DNA of 39,437 nucleotides. It comes from Intoshia linei. Its lineage: Eukaryota; Animalia; Orthonectida. Both the position numbers and the translations under genes were made by a program. Position 1 is the first letter of the stretch, and every line of letters starts with the position of its first letter. The notes under the pieces were generated by a model. That model was not told the origin of the DNA, ran no database searches, and was given only the letters and a program-made list of their open reading frames with translations. Of this stretch, positions 37,057-39,437 are shown in pieces. The stretch lies in NCBI GenBank assembly GCA_001642005.1, contig LWCA01000216.1, forward strand, positions 1-39,437, written 5' to 3'.

Positions 37057-39202
37057 CTAGTATTGGCTTGAAAACTTTTTATAATTATATTTAGAATACA
37101 ACAAAAAACCAGATAATTTAAAAACAATGTTAAATATACCTGTTAGTATGTGATTTATTTTAATATCTAAATGATAATTATATTTGTGTTATAATTAGGG
37201 AAACCAAAAAATTGCAATAAAACCACATAATCGTTCTTCACAATAGTAAATGTTTCAAACAGTCGAAAATAACAAGCATTCCTATACAACAAATTATTGA
37301 TTGTCGTTTAAATGTATTAGATTATGGCGTTCCAACCTTTTCGAAAAAATAATACTAGCCTACATTATTCAAATTAATATAATGAAACATTCCACATGCA
37401 TCAACAATGTTCATTGAACATTAACATTATTTCCTTATCTGTCATTTATAAGACAAGGAATCATTGATGATTAATAAAAATTTAATTATGTAATGTGATG
37501 TAATATATTGATTACTGCCATTAATTATTATACATTAATTTTTTTAAACGGACAAAACAATTTAAATTTATTTAAAATATTCGGCGGGCCACACGTTAAG
37601 AATCACTAGCCTATAATATACAAGGGCTAGGACAATGTGTTTCAATGAATACATCTTTCATGAAAAAAATGGCGCTACCCAAAAAAGAACTTAATTTTAA
37701 AATAAATTTTATTATAATGTGATATTATTAATGTCACATATCTTCAAAAATTAAAATTATGAAATATATCAAACTAAAATAGATTAAATATAAAATTATA
37801 AATTAAGGCAGTTTTATCAAATTACAATATGCAAACCACTTAGTCTAAAATTATGTTAAAATTACTAAAATAAATAATAAAATAACAATAGACTATTACA
37901 TTAAAAAAACGTTTTAAAATTAAAACCTGGACCCTCGGCAGAGCTAGCTGTTTTAGTATAGATACATAACAGTCACGTCAGCCATGTATAAAGATGATTT
38001 TTGGTGATTTTTTCACAAATTATGTGTGCGTTATCAAATGTATTATTATTATATTACAGTGGTTGTCGATTTAAAGCACGCTATTTTTCAAAAAGCTGTG
38101 GTTTAAATCGACAACCACTGAATTTATTTTTTGATTAAACAGAAATAAATTGAAAAAATGCTGAATTTTCAAAAAACTTCCTTTTGACTTTTATTTGGAC
38201 ACCCTAATTATAATATAATAAATATACCAATAATACATTGTGCATGTATGATGTATATACAATGTATATTATACATGATGAATTCTAATCATTAATTTAT
38301 ATAATAATATTTTATAAAAAAAGTTTAATTACTGTTAGACAAATTAGTTATTATTACTGCATTGCAGTGGTTCTTAACCTTTTTGACTTATACACCCCAA
38401 ATATTGATTTTAATGACTATGCACCCCTGATTAAAAATCAATTAATACAATATTAATTCTAATTAAAGTGTTAACTATTAATTAATAGTTACTTATATTA
38501 AACGGATAAAATTGAAGAATTAAAGCTAATTTAGTCATAATAATGGTCGTGTAGAGCCAGAATTAGGGCCTCATGATTGTAGACACGGGACATATGACCT
38601 TCTCTACGACCCTGTCTGTACTTACTTCAAACCTTTATAAAAATGAAAACGTGTCAACTATCATATCCACTAAAAGTTTTGTAAACACTACTAAGTACTA
38701 CTGCAACACTCCGGTAGATATATTATCTATTTTCCATTGAAAAATATCAGAAAATGTAGTAGCCCTGGTCACACCACCAAATTCATTAATCATAAATAGA
38801 CTATTCAAATATAATGTTAAAGACTCAGAAAATAGAGTAATTAAGTAGTAGCGGAAAACTTTTACATAACAATTGAACAAATTTATTTGCATAAATTTTA
38901 ATGGGATCGTTATTGTTGCTTTGAAATAAAAAGTAAGCTAAATCTTCCCATTGTTTTTGATAGGCTTACTCGCATACCGGCACAGACATCTAATTTTTTT
39001 CTTTTTTTTTAATTTGTTAGAATAGAAAATCCACCCTCACAAAACTATTTTACATCACAAAGCTATAGTAGCAAAAGTAATAATTACTTCAAGAGCAATT
39101 TCAGTCACAAATGGATAAATATTAAGCACACTACACCAAAAACCACCAAATATCACATTTAAAGCTATCATAGTCATATATAATATATTTCCCAAAGGGC
39201 AA
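37057..39202 (-). CDS. 3' exons of a multi-pass membrane protein, possibly the ABCG/ABC-2 transmembrane region; may be a pseudogene
   Basis: Frame-compatible final exons: ...SLFMINEFGG..TGVLQ (to about 38701) | NACYFRLFETFTIVKNDYVVLLQFF (37281-37205) | GIFNIVFKLSGFLLYSKYNYKKFSSQY* (37139-37057). A hydrophobic exon starts at 39202. The INEF motif followed by a final TM helix recalls ABCG. I could not join the middle exons cleanly. Confidence 0.35.
38057..38120. repeat. 64-bp hairpin, probable pogo/Tigger-type mini-MITE
   Basis: 19-bp perfect inverted repeat CAGTGGTTGTCGATTTAAA, preceded by TA. Confidence 0.75.
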
Positions 39203-39309
39203 CTAGAAAAATCAAGGGATTATGTTTCTATTTTTTTTATTTGGGGCCAAAGTAAATTATAGAGCCCATAAAAAATTTTATATATATTTTAATGTATTAA
39301 TATTTAATT

Positions 39310-39437
39310 TATTTCGAATACATCCATTCTCTTGTAGTTTTATTTAATGACTCGCAAAACAGATATTCCTCCTTAATGTTATGATTCACAACATATCTTG
39401 CAAACACATCAGTAGATTCGTCCAATTGTAAACTAAA
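39310..39437 (-). pseudogene. Buster-type hAT transposase catalytic-region fragment; continues beyond the window
   Basis: FSLQLDESTDV-FARYVVNHNIKEEYLFCESLNKTTR contains the first catalytic Asp motif DESTD; the usual QLL segment after it is deleted. Confidence 0.85.

Noticed and set aside
36972-37094. 40-aa hydrophobic plus-strand ORF MKYKTFILVIIFLALFLMLL...
   Set aside because: T-rich DNA yields such peptides by chance, and it overlaps the opposite gene's last exon.

Overview
Very AT-rich eukaryotic (animal) genomic DNA, not prokaryotic. The ORF track is mostly misleading because the real genes are split by many 33-45 nt GT-AG introns. Splicing by hand gives six recognisable genes: a CCDC60-like coiled-coil gene (+), a mitochondrial glutamate carrier SLC25A22/18 (-), histidine decarboxylase (-), IFT52 (+), proteasome ATPase PSMC6/Rpt4 (-) and a divergent classical dynamin (-). 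There is also the 3' end of a possible ABCG-like membrane gene (-). Large introns and intergenic DNA are filled with DNA-transposon debris: non-autonomous Helitrons, hAT MITEs with 8-bp TSDs, three Buster-type transposase relics, a TTAA piggyBac-like element and TA-flanked pogo-like hairpins. The AT content, intron sizes and fast-evolving proteins resemble the orthonectid Intoshia, but that is inference only. I see no CRISPR array, RNA gene or clearly new multi-gene system. The best leads are an unexplained frame-preserving 99-nt exon in IFT52, a 1.6-kb intron-free exon plus altered assembly motifs in dynamin, and a Helitron 3' end whose terminal CTAG is part of an apparently covarying hairpin. 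Protein identities rest on motifs recalled from memory, not on database searches.
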